64,000 nt of DNA from an uncultured Solirubrobacteraceae bacterium (GCA_963835525.1 CAWIFM010000007.1:58984-122983); one strand, 5' to 3'; positions 9,869 through 18,426 are shown, counted from the stretch's first letter. The notes: generated from the sequence alone by a model not told the origin. Translations and numbers: made by a program.

Positions 9869-10469
9869 CGGCGGCGGCGACGACCAGGGCGTGGAAGATC
9901 TCGTGGAAGCCGAACGTGCTCGGCCACGGATCCGGCCTGCGCAGGGAGTAGATGACCGCGCCGGCGGTGTACAGCAGCCCGCCGGCGCCGAGCAGGACCA
10001 GCGCCGCCAGCTCGAGCTCGGCCGTGAGCTGCGGGAAGGCGATCACGATGACCCAGCCGAGCGCGACGTAGGTCAGCGCGAACAGGACGCGGGGCGCGGT
10101 GACCCACGCGACGCTGAGCGCCACGCCCGCCAGGCAGCCGCCCCACACGCTGCCGAGCACCAGCCACCGCGCGGTCCCGTCGAGCACGAGCAGCCCGACG
10201 GGCGTGTAGCTGGCGGCCATGAACACGTAGATCGCGCTGTGGTCGATCCGGCAGAGCAGCGCCCGGACGCCGGGCGAGCAGTTCAGGCGGTGGTAGAGCG
10301 CGCTGGCAGCAAGCATCAGGCAGAGGCCGCCGCCGTAGACGACCGCGGAGAGGCGGGCCGTGCCGCCGGGCGCGAGCGCCACGAGCGCGGTGGCCGCCGC
10401 GAGCGCGAACCAGAAGGCCCACTGGTGCAGGACGCCTCTCAGGGCCGGTATGAGGTCGGAGCTCTGCAC
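9822..10469 (-). CDS. hemolysin III / PAQR family channel protein
   Basis: 215 aa with seven TM segments and the C-terminal HEIFHALVVAAAVTHF motif typical of the Hly-III family. Its 3' end overlaps the CDF gene convergently by 47 nt. Confidence 0.9.
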   Translation of the reverse strand: MQSSDLIPALRGVLHQWAFWFALAAATALVALAPGGTARLSAVVYGGGLCLMLAASALYHRLNCSPGVRALLCRIDHSAIYVFMAASYTPVGLLVLDGTARWLVLGSVWGGCLAGVALSVAWVTAPRVLFALTYVALGWVIVIAFPQLTAELELAALVLLGAGGLLYTAGAVIYSLRRPDPWPSTFGFHEIFHALVVAAAVTHFVAIAGWVILAS

Positions 10470-10490
10470 GTCACTGATATACCCGCTCGG

Positions 10491-10856
10491 ATGCCCGAGT
10501 TGATCCAGAACCCCTCAAGAGTCCAGGCCGCGGGAACCAAGCCCAAGCTGATCGACGAGTACGTCGGAAGGGTCAATACGGGGGAGGAGCGCGTGAGCGT
10601 AGCCCACATGCGCTCGCCCGAGGGCTGGGTGGAGCCCGGTCAGCGCCCGCGCTTCGACGAGTACACGTTGGTGCTCGAGGGCTGCCTGCGCGTGGAGCAC
10701 GAGGGCGGGGCGCTCGACGTGCGCGCCGGCCAGGCCGTGCTGGCCCGCGGCGGGGAGTGGGTGCGCTACTCGTCGCCGGAGGCCGGCGGCGCCTCCTACG
10801 TCGCGGTTTGCCTGCCGGCGTTCTCGCCGGAGACCGTGCACCGCGATGACGACTAA
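10491..10856 (+). CDS. cupin domain protein
   Basis: ATG at 10491 (MPELIQNPSRV...). Beta-barrel-like core EYTLVLEGCLRVEHEGG...AGQAVLARGGEWVRY. It is the C-terminal part of track ORF 9861..10856. Confidence 0.6.
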   Translation: MPELIQNPSRVQAAGTKPKLIDEYVGRVNTGEERVSVAHMRSPEGWVEPGQRPRFDEYTLVLEGCLRVEHEGGALDVRAGQAVLARGGEWVRYSSPEAGGASYVAVCLPAFSPETVHRDDD

Positions 10857-10886
10857 TACACGGGCCCGGGTACGCCGATTAACAAC

Positions 10887-11546
10887 GTGATGTCGCTTCC
10901 GCCCCCCAGCTCGGCGCAGCGCGAGCACGTGCTCGACCTCGAGGGCCCCCGCCGCCGGCGCGGGCAGCTCCGGCTGAGCGCGATGGGGGCGACGATCTCC
11001 TTCGACGGCGCGCTGCGGACCGACCTGCGGGTCCCGCTCGGCACGCTCCAGTTCGGGCTGGTGGATCGCGGGAGCGCCCGCTCCGGCGGCGTGAGCGGCC
11101 GGTTCCCGATCCTCAAGCGCCTGTCCGCCACCGCGGTGGTGCCGCGCGAGCAGGGCGTCGAGGGCTGGCTGTGGACCAGCCTCGGCGGCTCCGCGCTGAC
11201 CGTGCTGGGCGATCCCGAAGACGCCCCGAACGCCGCCGTGCTGTTCACCAAGCCGCTCGGCGACGACGCCGTGGCCTGCTTCGAGCCCGAGGCCGCGCAG
11301 GAGATCGCCGCGCGCTCGCCGCTCGGCGCGCCCGCCGTCAACGGCCTGCTGTTCCGCGTGACCGACACGAGCAAGGCGGAGACCGTCTTCCGCTCGTTCG
11401 GCCTGCTGCGCCCGCTCACCGACCGCGAGGTGCCGCCGACCCTGCGGCGCTCGCTCCCGACCGACAAGTCGGGCGATCCGGTGCTCGGCGGCGGCGGTGA
11501 CGACGCCCGCGCGTCGACGTCCGTGGCGCCTCCCGGCCTGGGATAA
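10887..11546 (+). CDS. hypothetical protein
   Basis: 219-aa ORF with GC3-rich codon usage. The competing antisense ORFs are Ser/Arg/Pro-rich, typical of artefacts. No family recognised. Confidence 0.45.
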   Translation: MMSLPPPSSAQREHVLDLEGPRRRRGQLRLSAMGATISFDGALRTDLRVPLGTLQFGLVDRGSARSGGVSGRFPILKRLSATAVVPREQGVEGWLWTSLGGSALTVLGDPEDAPNAAVLFTKPLGDDAVACFEPEAAQEIAARSPLGAPAVNGLLFRVTDTSKAETVFRSFGLLRPLTDREVPPTLRRSLPTDKSGDPVLGGGGDDARASTSVAPPGLG

Positions 11547-11576
11547 CCCACGGGGGCCCGCCCAACGGGCCATTCC

Positions 11577-11804
11577 GTGTCGAGCGATGTCCCGTTGGGC
11601 ACCCCTAGTCGCTACCGTGAGGCGCCCGTGAGCGCCGAGCCTGAGCCCCACGACCCCCAGCGCTGCACCGCCTGCCGCGGCACCGGCCAGGTGATCTCCG
11701 GGCTGGGCGGCACGCCGCAGTCCGTCACGTGCCCGTGGTGCGGGGGCAGCGGCCGCTTCCAGACCGGGCACGACGCCCAGGCCGCAAAGCGCCCTAGCGA
11801 ATAA
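11577..11804 (+). CDS. small DnaJ-type zinc-finger protein (two CxxCxGxG motifs)
   Basis: 75 aa containing CTACRGTG and CPWCGGSG, i.e. two CxxCxGxG repeats as in the DnaJ zinc-binding domain. Codons are GC3-rich. Confidence 0.55.
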   Translation: MSSDVPLGTPSRYREAPVSAEPEPHDPQRCTACRGTGQVISGLGGTPQSVTCPWCGGSGRFQTGHDAQAAKRPSE

Positions 11805-12177
11805 CCAGCGTCCCGATCTGCTGGTCGGCCTCGACCAGCTCGATCGGGTACTCGCCGGGCGCGCCGGCCAGCAGCGAGAAGCGCGCGGGCGATTCCGGGT
11901 CGATCGTGTCCATGCGATCGAGCAGCATGATGCTGTCGCGCTCGGGACCTGAGATCGTCAGCTCGACGAGATCGCCCTCGTTCACGGTCACGTCGGCGTC
12001 CGACGTCGTGAGCTCCTTCTCGACCCTGGCCAGCGTGGGCGACCCCGCCGGGGCGGGCGTGGTGGAGGCCTCGCCGCGCTCCCGCTCCGTCGCGGGTTGG
12101 CGCGGAGCGACGCTCGCCGCGAGCGCCGCCATGCCCATCAAGACGGCGACGAGGATCAGGAAGCGCCGGCCCAACAT
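11794..12177 (-). CDS. secreted/membrane-anchored hypothetical protein (small beta-rich domain)
   Basis: 127 aa with N-terminal anchor MLGRRFLILVAVLMGMAALAASVA. Transcribed divergently from pilA. Confidence 0.5.
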   Translation of the reverse strand: MLGRRFLILVAVLMGMAALAASVAPRQPATERERGEASTTPAPAGSPTLARVEKELTTSDADVTVNEGDLVELTISGPERDSIMLLDRMDTIDPESPARFSLLAGAPGEYPIELVEADQQIGTLVIR

Positions 12178-12267
12178 GGACCCGAGGGTAGTCCGGTTGT
12201 CCAGTTAACAGGTAATGAGGGGTTAAGGACCCGGCCGCAGGTGCCGATACGGGTGGTGCCAGAACCA

Positions 12268-12352
12268 AGGTGTCAAAGGCAAATCGTCCGCGAGGGCGAG
12301 GCGCAAAGCCACGGAGCTCCTCGGATGGGAGCAAGCCGGGTTGCCACCGCCA
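12268..12352 (+). promoter_or_regulatory. candidate c-di-GMP-I (GEMM-I) riboswitch aptamer in the pilA leader
   Basis: GGCAAA (12278-83). GNRA hairpin CGUCC-GCGA-GGGCG (12285-98). AGGCGCAAAGCC (12299-310). Second hairpin GCUCC...GGAGC (12316-32). GGGUUGCC (12338-45), whose UUGCC pairs with GGCAA at 12278-82. The order and sequence match the conserved GEMM-I core as I recall it. Not verified with a covariance model. Confidence 0.65.
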
Positions 12353-12425
12353 GTGGTGGGACTGGGACCGAGGCCTGGCAGACGGAACTCAAAGGCCCAA
12401 CATCCCTTCAGGAGGGACCACCCAC

Positions 12426-12860
12426 ATGCTGCACAAGCTTCGCCAGCGCGCCCAGAGCGAGAAGGGCTTCACCCTGATCGAGCTCCTGGTCGTCATTCTG
12501 ATCATCGGCATCCTCGCCGCGATCGCTCTCCCCGCCTTCCTCGGCCAGCGCGCCCGTGCGCAGGACACCGAGGGCAAGACGGCTGTCCGTCAGGCTCAGA
12601 CCGCCATCGAGACCTTCTACACGGACAACCAGACCTACGTCGCCACCGAGGCGCAGCTCGAGGACATCGAGCAGTCGCTGGCCTCCGGCGCCGGCGCTTC
12701 GCTGGCCGTGACCGCCACGAGCCCCACGGCGTACACGCTGACGGTCACCTCCGTGACCGGCAACACGTTCTCGATCGCCAAGGCCGGGACCGGCACCGTG
12801 ACCCGCTCCTGCGTGCGTAACAACACGAAGGGCGGCTGCCCGGCCAGCCTCGCCTGGTAA
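12426..12860 (+). CDS. pilA: type IV pilin (prepilin-type N-terminal cleavage/methylation domain)
   Basis: MLHKLRQRAQSEKG|FTLIELLVVILIIGILAAIALPAF: class III signal peptide with Gly-1, Phe+1 and Glu+5. The SD GGAGGGA lies 8 nt upstream of ATG 12426. Confidence 0.9.
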   Translation: MLHKLRQRAQSEKGFTLIELLVVILIIGILAAIALPAFLGQRARAQDTEGKTAVRQAQTAIETFYTDNQTYVATEAQLEDIEQSLASGAGASLAVTATSPTAYTLTVTSVTGNTFSIAKAGTGTVTRSCVRNNTKGGCPASLAW

Positions 12861-12884
12861 GCAAGCCGTACCCAAGCCGTATCG

Positions 12885-12910
12885 CGAAGCGGGCCTCCGG
12901 GCCCGCTTCG
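12885..12910 (+). terminator. stem-loop terminator after pilA
   Basis: Perfect 11-bp GC-rich stem CGAAGCGGGCC / GGCCCGCUUCG with a 4-nt loop UCCG, followed by UCGUU. It lies 25 nt after the pilA stop. Confidence 0.65.
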
Positions 12911-12956
12911 TCGTTAACCCCTCAAGACGCCCCGGCCGGAGGCCGATATCACCATC

Positions 12957-14009
12957 GTGTTCAAGAAGCGTTCCTCCTCCCAGGCCGCGATCGTCGGCCT
13001 CGACCTCGATCCCGGCCACATCGCCGCCGCCGAGGTAACCGTCAACGGGTCGCTGTCGCTCAAGCGCGGCGCCGTCGCTCCCCTTCGTCCCGGCGTCCTG
13101 CGCGACGGTGAGGTCGCCGACGTCCCCGCTCTGGCGGAGGCGCTGAAGACCTTCTTCGCCGAGAACGGGCTCTCGAACCGGGTCCGGCTCGGCATCGCCA
13201 ACCAGCGGATCGTGGTCCGCACGCTGGACCTGCCGCCGCTGGAGGACGAGAAGTCGCTCGCCGCCGCGGTCAAGGTGCAGGCGCCCGACCACATCCCGAT
13301 GCCGATGGACGAGGCGATCCTCGACTGGCAGTCGCTCGGCACGGTCCTGTCGCCGTCCGGACAGCCGCGCACGCGCGTGGTCGTCGTCGCCGTCCGACGC
13401 GAGATGATCGACAAGCTGGTCGCCGCCTCGCGCGAGGCCGGCCTCAAGCTCGAGGGCATCGACCTGTCGGCGTTCGGCATGGTCCGCGCGCTCGCCGGCG
13501 GCCAGAAGGCCCAGGGCGCCGTGCTCTACATCAGCGTCGGCGGTCTCACCAACGTCGCCGTCGCCAACGCCAGCGGGTGCCTGTTCACGCGCGCCGCGGC
13601 CGGCGGCCTCGACGCGATGGTCCACACGCTCTCCGAGCGCCGCGGCCTCACGCTCGAGCACGCCCGCCAGTGGATGACCCACGTCGGGCTGCTCACGGAC
13701 CTCGAGGACGTCGACGGCGACCCCGACCTCGTGGGCGCCGCCCGCACGGTGCTGGAGGAGGGCGTGCACCAGCTCGCCGACACCGTCCGCAACTCGCTCA
13801 ACTTCTACCGCATGCAGGAGAGCGCCGAGCAGGTGGAGACCGGCGTGCTCACGGGTCCCGCCGTGGCCATCCCCGGCTTCGTCGAGCAGCTCTCCGAGCA
13901 GCTGCGCCTGCCGCTCGAGTCCGCCGTGGTCGCCTCGCAGGACGAGGACGCCGACCTCGGTCGCCTCACCGTGGCGGCCGGCCTCGCGGTCGAGAACGCC
14001 GTCGCCTGA
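12957..14009 (+). CDS. pilM: type IV pilus assembly protein PilM (actin-like ATPase fold)
   Basis: 350 aa. AIVGLDLDPGHIAAAEV N-terminus and overall PilM/FtsA-like pattern. Located in the pil locus. Confidence 0.9.
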   Translation: MFKKRSSSQAAIVGLDLDPGHIAAAEVTVNGSLSLKRGAVAPLRPGVLRDGEVADVPALAEALKTFFAENGLSNRVRLGIANQRIVVRTLDLPPLEDEKSLAAAVKVQAPDHIPMPMDEAILDWQSLGTVLSPSGQPRTRVVVVAVRREMIDKLVAASREAGLKLEGIDLSAFGMVRALAGGQKAQGAVLYISVGGLTNVAVANASGCLFTRAAAGGLDAMVHTLSERRGLTLEHARQWMTHVGLLTDLEDVDGDPDLVGAARTVLEEGVHQLADTVRNSLNFYRMQESAEQVETGVLTGPAVAIPGFVEQLSEQLRLPLESAVVASQDEDADLGRLTVAAGLAVENAVA

Positions 14010-14749
14010 TGCTCGCAGCGGTCGTCGGCGCGGTCTTCGGCTCGTTCCTGAACGTGGTGGCCTACCGGCTGCCCCGGGGCGAGTCGCTGTCGCGCCCGCG
14101 ATCGCGCTGCCCGCAGTGCCAGACCCAGATCAAGGCCTACGACAACGTCCCGGTCCTGTCCTGGCTGGCACTGCGCGGCCGCTGCCGCACCTGCCGCACG
14201 CCTATTTCCGCCCGCTATCCGCTAGTAGAGGCCGTGACCGGTCTCCTGTGCGCGCTGGTCGTCTATGACCAGGGACTCGACGAGGACGCGATCCTCGGCG
14301 TCGTCCTGGTGCTGCTGCTGGTCCCGATCACGCTGATCGACCTCGATCACCGGATCATCCCCAACAAGCTCACGCTGCTGGGGGCCGTGCTCGCCCCGGC
14401 GATCGTGGCCTTCACGGCGCCGGACGCCATCCCCGAGCACCTGATCGCGGGAGCCGCGGCGGGAGGCGCTTTCCTGCTGGTCGTCTTCGCATACCCGCGG
14501 GGGATGGGGATGGGCGACGTCAAGCTCGCCGCCGTCCTTGGCCTCTTCCTCGGCCGCGACGTCGTCCCCGCGCTCTTCCTCGCGTTCCTCGTCGGCACCC
14601 TCGTAGGGGCCGCGATCATCGCTCGCAAGGGCTCCGCGGAAGGCCGCAAGACGGCCGTCCCGTTCGGCCCGTTCCTCGCCTTCGGCGGGGTCGTCGCCCT
14701 CTTCGCGGGCGACGCGATGGTCGACTGGTACCTCACCACCTTCATCTAG
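14009..14749 (+). CDS. pilD: prepilin peptidase (A24 family)
   Basis: ATG at 14009 overlaps the pilM stop by 1 nt. Zn-finger pairs CPQC...CRTC, the catalytic Asp region ITLIDLDHRIIPN and the GMGMGDVKL motif are present. Confidence 0.9.
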   Translation: MLAAVVGAVFGSFLNVVAYRLPRGESLSRPRSRCPQCQTQIKAYDNVPVLSWLALRGRCRTCRTPISARYPLVEAVTGLLCALVVYDQGLDEDAILGVVLVLLLVPITLIDLDHRIIPNKLTLLGAVLAPAIVAFTAPDAIPEHLIAGAAAGGAFLLVVFAYPRGMGMGDVKLAAVLGLFLGRDVVPALFLAFLVGTLVGAAIIARKGSAEGRKTAVPFGPFLAFGGVVALFAGDAMVDWYLTTFI

Positions 14750-14810
14750 GGCGTCGACCCCACGAGCACGCCTCAAGGCGCGCTCATGGGGTGCCGATAA
14801 GCCAAGCGAG

Positions 14811-15674
14811 ATGAAGGCCATCAACCTGCTCCCCCCCGACCTTCGCGGCACGCCCAAGAGCGCTGCCCCGAAGGCCGCCATCGCCCCCGCAGAGCCGGGC
14901 GGCATCGGCGCCTTCGTGGTGCTCGGCGCGCTCGCCGCATGCGTTGTCGCGCTCGCCGCGTACGTGCTCACGACCAACACGGTCAAGGACCGTGCGGCGC
15001 AGCTGGAGGCGGTCACCGCCCAGGCCGATGCCACCCGCTCAGCCGTCAGCCAGCTCAAGCCGTACGCCGACTTCCAGGCGATGGCCGAGACCCGCATCCA
15101 GACCGTCAAGGACCTCGCGTCCTCGCGCTTCGACTGGGAGCAGGCGCTGCGCGACATCTCGCGCGCCGTCCCCGCCGAGGTCACGCTGCGCGAGCTCAAC
15201 GGCACGATCTCCAGCGACACGGGAGGCAGCGGCCTCCGCAGCGCGATCGCCGCTCCGGCGATCGAGCTCAAGGGCTGCAGCTCCGGCCAGACGCAGGTCG
15301 CCACGCTGATGTCGCGCCTGCGCAGCGTCGACGGCGTCTCCCGCGTCAGCCTCAACAAGTCGCTCAAGCCCGACAAGTCGCAGATCTCCGGGGCCGCCTC
15401 GCCGATCGCGGGCGTCGCCCAGGCCGACGGCTGCAAGGGCAAGCGCCCGCCGAACTTCGAGATCGTCATGTTCTTCGAGGGCGCCGAGGTCCCCGCCACG
15501 GTCGAGGACATCACCGTCCAGCCGGGCGCCGGCAGCGGCACCGCGCCGAGCGCCGAGGGCACGACCGCCTCGACCGAGGGGGAGGCCGGTGGCGTCACCA
15601 CGCCGCCGAGCGTGCCCGAGGGTGACGACTCCGCCACGCCCGCCTCGACGCCCGAGGGAGGGGCAGCCCAATGA
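14811..15674 (+). CDS. pilN: PilN-like pilus assembly protein (long, low-complexity C-terminus)
   Basis: MKAINLLPPDL start typical of PilN, one TM segment, then a coiled coil. The C-terminal ~90 aa are Pro/Thr/Gly/Ala-rich. Confidence 0.75.
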   Translation: MKAINLLPPDLRGTPKSAAPKAAIAPAEPGGIGAFVVLGALAACVVALAAYVLTTNTVKDRAAQLEAVTAQADATRSAVSQLKPYADFQAMAETRIQTVKDLASSRFDWEQALRDISRAVPAEVTLRELNGTISSDTGGSGLRSAIAAPAIELKGCSSGQTQVATLMSRLRSVDGVSRVSLNKSLKPDKSQISGAASPIAGVAQADGCKGKRPPNFEIVMFFEGAEVPATVEDITVQPGAGSGTAPSAEGTTASTEGEAGGVTTPPSVPEGDDSATPASTPEGGAAQ

Positions 15675-16426
15675 CCCGCTCGAACAAGATCCTGCTGTCG
15701 GTGGTAGCGCTCGGCGCCGCCATCGCCGCCTTCTACTTCTTCGTCCTCTCGCCCAAGCGTGAGGAGGTCGCCAAGCTCGACACCGGCATCACGGCCCAGA
15801 AGGCCGAGATCGAGCAGGCGCGGCTGACGCTCGCCGGCTACGAGCAGGCCAAGAAGACCTACAAGAAGAACTACGCGACGCTCGCCCGCCTCGGCAAGGC
15901 CGTGCCGGCCGACGACGACGTGCGCTCGCTGCTGGTGCAGCTGGAGTCCACCGCCAATCGCAGCGGCGTCACCTTCGAGAAGATCGAGTTGGCGAACAAC
16001 CTCGGCGGTGAGGCTGCGGCGACGACCGGCGCGGCGACGCCCGCGGCGGGCCAGCTCGCCTCGGCCCCGGGCACCGTCCCGGTCGCCGGCGGCGTCCTGT
16101 CCGCGATGCCGTTCAGCTTCAGCTTCACCGGCTCGTACTTCGACCTGACGGCGTTCTTCGCCCGGCTCGAGCACTACGTGAGCCTCAACAACGCCAAGCT
16201 CGACTCGACCGGTCGCCTGATGCGCCTCGAGAGCATCTCGATCACGCCGTCGGCCCTCGGGTTCCCGGACATGATGGCCGAGATCAACGCCGCGACCTAC
16301 CTCGTCCCGCCCGTCCAGGGCGTCGACGCGGGCGCGCCGTCGAGCGACGCCCAGAACGTCACGGGCGAGCCCGGGACGACCCCGCCCACCACTACCGCGT
16401 CCGCCAATTCCGGAGCCTCCCGATGA
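15671..16426 (+). CDS. pilO: PilO-like pilus assembly protein
   Basis: ATGA overlap with pilN. N-terminal TM (ILLSVVALGAAIAAFYFFVL), coiled coil, then a ferredoxin-like core. Low-complexity tail. Confidence 0.75.
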   Translation: MTRSNKILLSVVALGAAIAAFYFFVLSPKREEVAKLDTGITAQKAEIEQARLTLAGYEQAKKTYKKNYATLARLGKAVPADDDVRSLLVQLESTANRSGVTFEKIELANNLGGEAAATTGAATPAAGQLASAPGTVPVAGGVLSAMPFSFSFTGSYFDLTAFFARLEHYVSLNNAKLDSTGRLMRLESISITPSALGFPDMMAEINAATYLVPPVQGVDAGAPSSDAQNVTGEPGTTPPTTTASANSGASR

Positions 16427-17199
16427 ACGCCGTCACCACCATCTGGCGCCAGCTCGTGCGCAACAAGCTCTGGCCCGTCGCCGTGCTGCTGCTGGCCGCG
16501 CTCGTCGCCGTCCCCGTGCTGCTGGCCCGTGAGCCCGCCGTGCCGGAGACGATCGCTCCGGTGGCCGTGAACACGGAGGCCGACGACAGCATCGCCGAGC
16601 CGATCGTGGCCAAGATCACCCCGGAGGACCGCAACCGCCGCCGCCGCGTGCTCGGCGTCCGCAAGGACCCGTTCCGCCCGGCCCCGGTCAAGGAGCCCAA
16701 GGTCGAGCAGCCGGAGACCCCCGACGCGACCACGATCGGCGACCCGCCCCCCGGTGACACCGGCAGCGGCGGCGGCGGCGAGCCCGCCGAGGCTCCCGTG
16801 TTCTACGAGCCGGGGACGATCATCGTGCGCTTCGGCGACGCGACGAATTCCCAGCTCACGCGCTTCGCGATCCCGAAGCTCGGACCGGTGCCCGACGACG
16901 AGTTCCCGCTGCTCGTGTACATGGGCCTGACCAAGAACGGCAAGAAGGCCAAGTTCCTGGTCGACGCCGCCCTCGAGGTCGACGGCGACGGCACCTGCAA
17001 GCCGCACCCGTCGAACTGCGAGGTCATCGAGCTCGCGGTCGGCGAGACCGAGTTCCTCGACGTCATCAACCCGGAGACCTCCGACGAGGAGGAGACCACC
17101 GAGGAAGAGACGGCCGAGGAGACCGAGCCGGAGGTCCTCGCGACCTTCCAGCTCGACCTCGTCGACATCAAGCGCGCCGGCGACTCAGACGTCAAGTAG
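16423..17199 (+). CDS. PilP-position membrane-anchored protein (KDPF motif, acidic C-terminal tail)
   Basis: ATGA overlap with pilO. N-terminal TM, RKDPFRP motif resembling the (R/K)DPF motif of PilP-family proteins, and tail DEEETTEEETAEETEPE. Function is inferred from position only. Confidence 0.55.
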   Translation: MNAVTTIWRQLVRNKLWPVAVLLLAALVAVPVLLAREPAVPETIAPVAVNTEADDSIAEPIVAKITPEDRNRRRRVLGVRKDPFRPAPVKEPKVEQPETPDATTIGDPPPGDTGSGGGGEPAEAPVFYEPGTIIVRFGDATNSQLTRFAIPKLGPVPDDEFPLLVYMGLTKNGKKAKFLVDAALEVDGDGTCKPHPSNCEVIELAVGETEFLDVINPETSDEEETTEEETAEETEPEVLATFQLDLVDIKRAGDSDVK

Positions 17200-17205
17200 G
17201 GGTAT

Positions 17206-18426
17206 GTGTCACCCGCCGCGGCTCCTGGTGAGCCGCGGCGGATAGCCTTCACCGGCGTGCCGCTGCGCGTCGTCACAGCCGGGGAGTCCCACGGGCCCGG
17301 GCTGACCTGCATCGTCGAGGGCCTGCCCGCGGGCCTCGAGCTCGACCTGTCCGCGATCGACCGCGACATGGCGCGCCGCCAGCTCGGCCACGGCCGCGGT
17401 GGGCGCATGAAGATCGAGCGCGACAGCGCCGAGATCACCTCCGGGGTCCGCCACGGCCGCACGCTCGGCGGCCCGATCGCCGTGCGGGTCGCCAACCGCG
17501 ACTACGCCAACTGGGAGGAGCGGATGAACCCGTGGCCGGTCGAGGCCGAGGTGCCCGAGGTGCACCTCCCGCGCCCCGGTCACGCCGACCTCGCGGGCGT
17601 GCAGAAGTTCGGCTTCACCGACGTGCGCAACGTGCTCGAGCGCGCCAGCGCCCGCGAGACGGCCGCGCGCGTGGCCGGCGGGGCGCTGGCCAAGGGCTTC
17701 CTGGCCGCGCTCGGCGTGCAGGTGTTCTCGAACGTCACGCAGATCGGCTCGGTCCGGGCGACTGAGTCCGGCGGCCTTGCGCCGGCCGACTTCGCCGACG
17801 TCGACGCATCGCCCGTGCGCTGCCTCGACGCCGAGGCATCGAAGGCGATGGTCGAGGAGATCAACGTGCTGCGCAAGGCCAACGAGTCGCTCGGCGGCGT
17901 CTTCGAGGTGCGCGCCTTCGGCGTCGTTCCAGGCCTCGGCTCGCACGTGAGCTGGGAGGAGCGGCTGGACGGCCGGATCGGCATGGCCATGCTCTCGATC
18001 CAGGCCATCAAGGGCTGCGGGATCGGCGACGGGTTCGACCTCGCGGGCCGGCCCGGCTCCGCCGCGCACGACGAGATCTTCTACTCCGACGAGCGCGGCT
18101 ACTACCGCGAGACCAACCGCTCGGGCGGCATCGAGGGCGGCATGACGACCGGCGAGCCGCTGATCGTGCGCTGCGCGATGAAGCCGCTGCCGACGCTCAC
18201 CAAGCCGCTGCGGTCGGTCGACATCGCCACGCGCGAGCCGGCGCAGGCGCTGCGCGAGCGGACCGACTCGTGCACGGTTCCGGCGGCGGGCGTGGTGGGG
18301 GAGGCGATGCTGGCCATCGTGCTGGCCGACGCCTACCGCGCGAAGTTCGGAGGCGACCACATCGACGACGTCCGCGCCGCCGTGGAGGCCTACGAGCGGC
18401 GCATCGGATGGAAGCCTCGAACCTAG
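17206..18426 (+). CDS. aroC: chorismate synthase
   Basis: LRVVTAGESHGPGL..., GRSSARETA-like region (ERASARETAARVA) and GGISNG-like GGIEGGMTTGEP. The start is probably the in-frame GTG at 17257. Confidence 0.95.
   Translation: MSPAAAPGEPRRIAFTGVPLRVVTAGESHGPGLTCIVEGLPAGLELDLSAIDRDMARRQLGHGRGGRMKIERDSAEITSGVRHGRTLGGPIAVRVANRDYANWEERMNPWPVEAEVPEVHLPRPGHADLAGVQKFGFTDVRNVLERASARETAARVAGGALAKGFLAALGVQVFSNVTQIGSVRATESGGLAPADFADVDASPVRCLDAEASKAMVEEINVLRKANESLGGVFEVRAFGVVPGLGSHVSWEERLDGRIGMAMLSIQAIKGCGIGDGFDLAGRPGSAAHDEIFYSDERGYYRETNRSGGIEGGMTTGEPLIVRCAMKPLPTLTKPLRSVDIATREPAQALRERTDSCTVPAAGVVGEAMLAIVLADAYRAKFGGDHIDDVRAAVEAYERRIGWKPRT

Noticed and set aside
12178-12270. Looked for a sigma-54 (TGGCAC-N5-TTGCW) promoter upstream of pilA, as in Pseudomonas/Myxococcus pilin genes.
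   Set aside because: No -24 GG / -12 GC element with correct spacing was found. GGTGCC at 12255-60 lacks a properly spaced TTGC partner.
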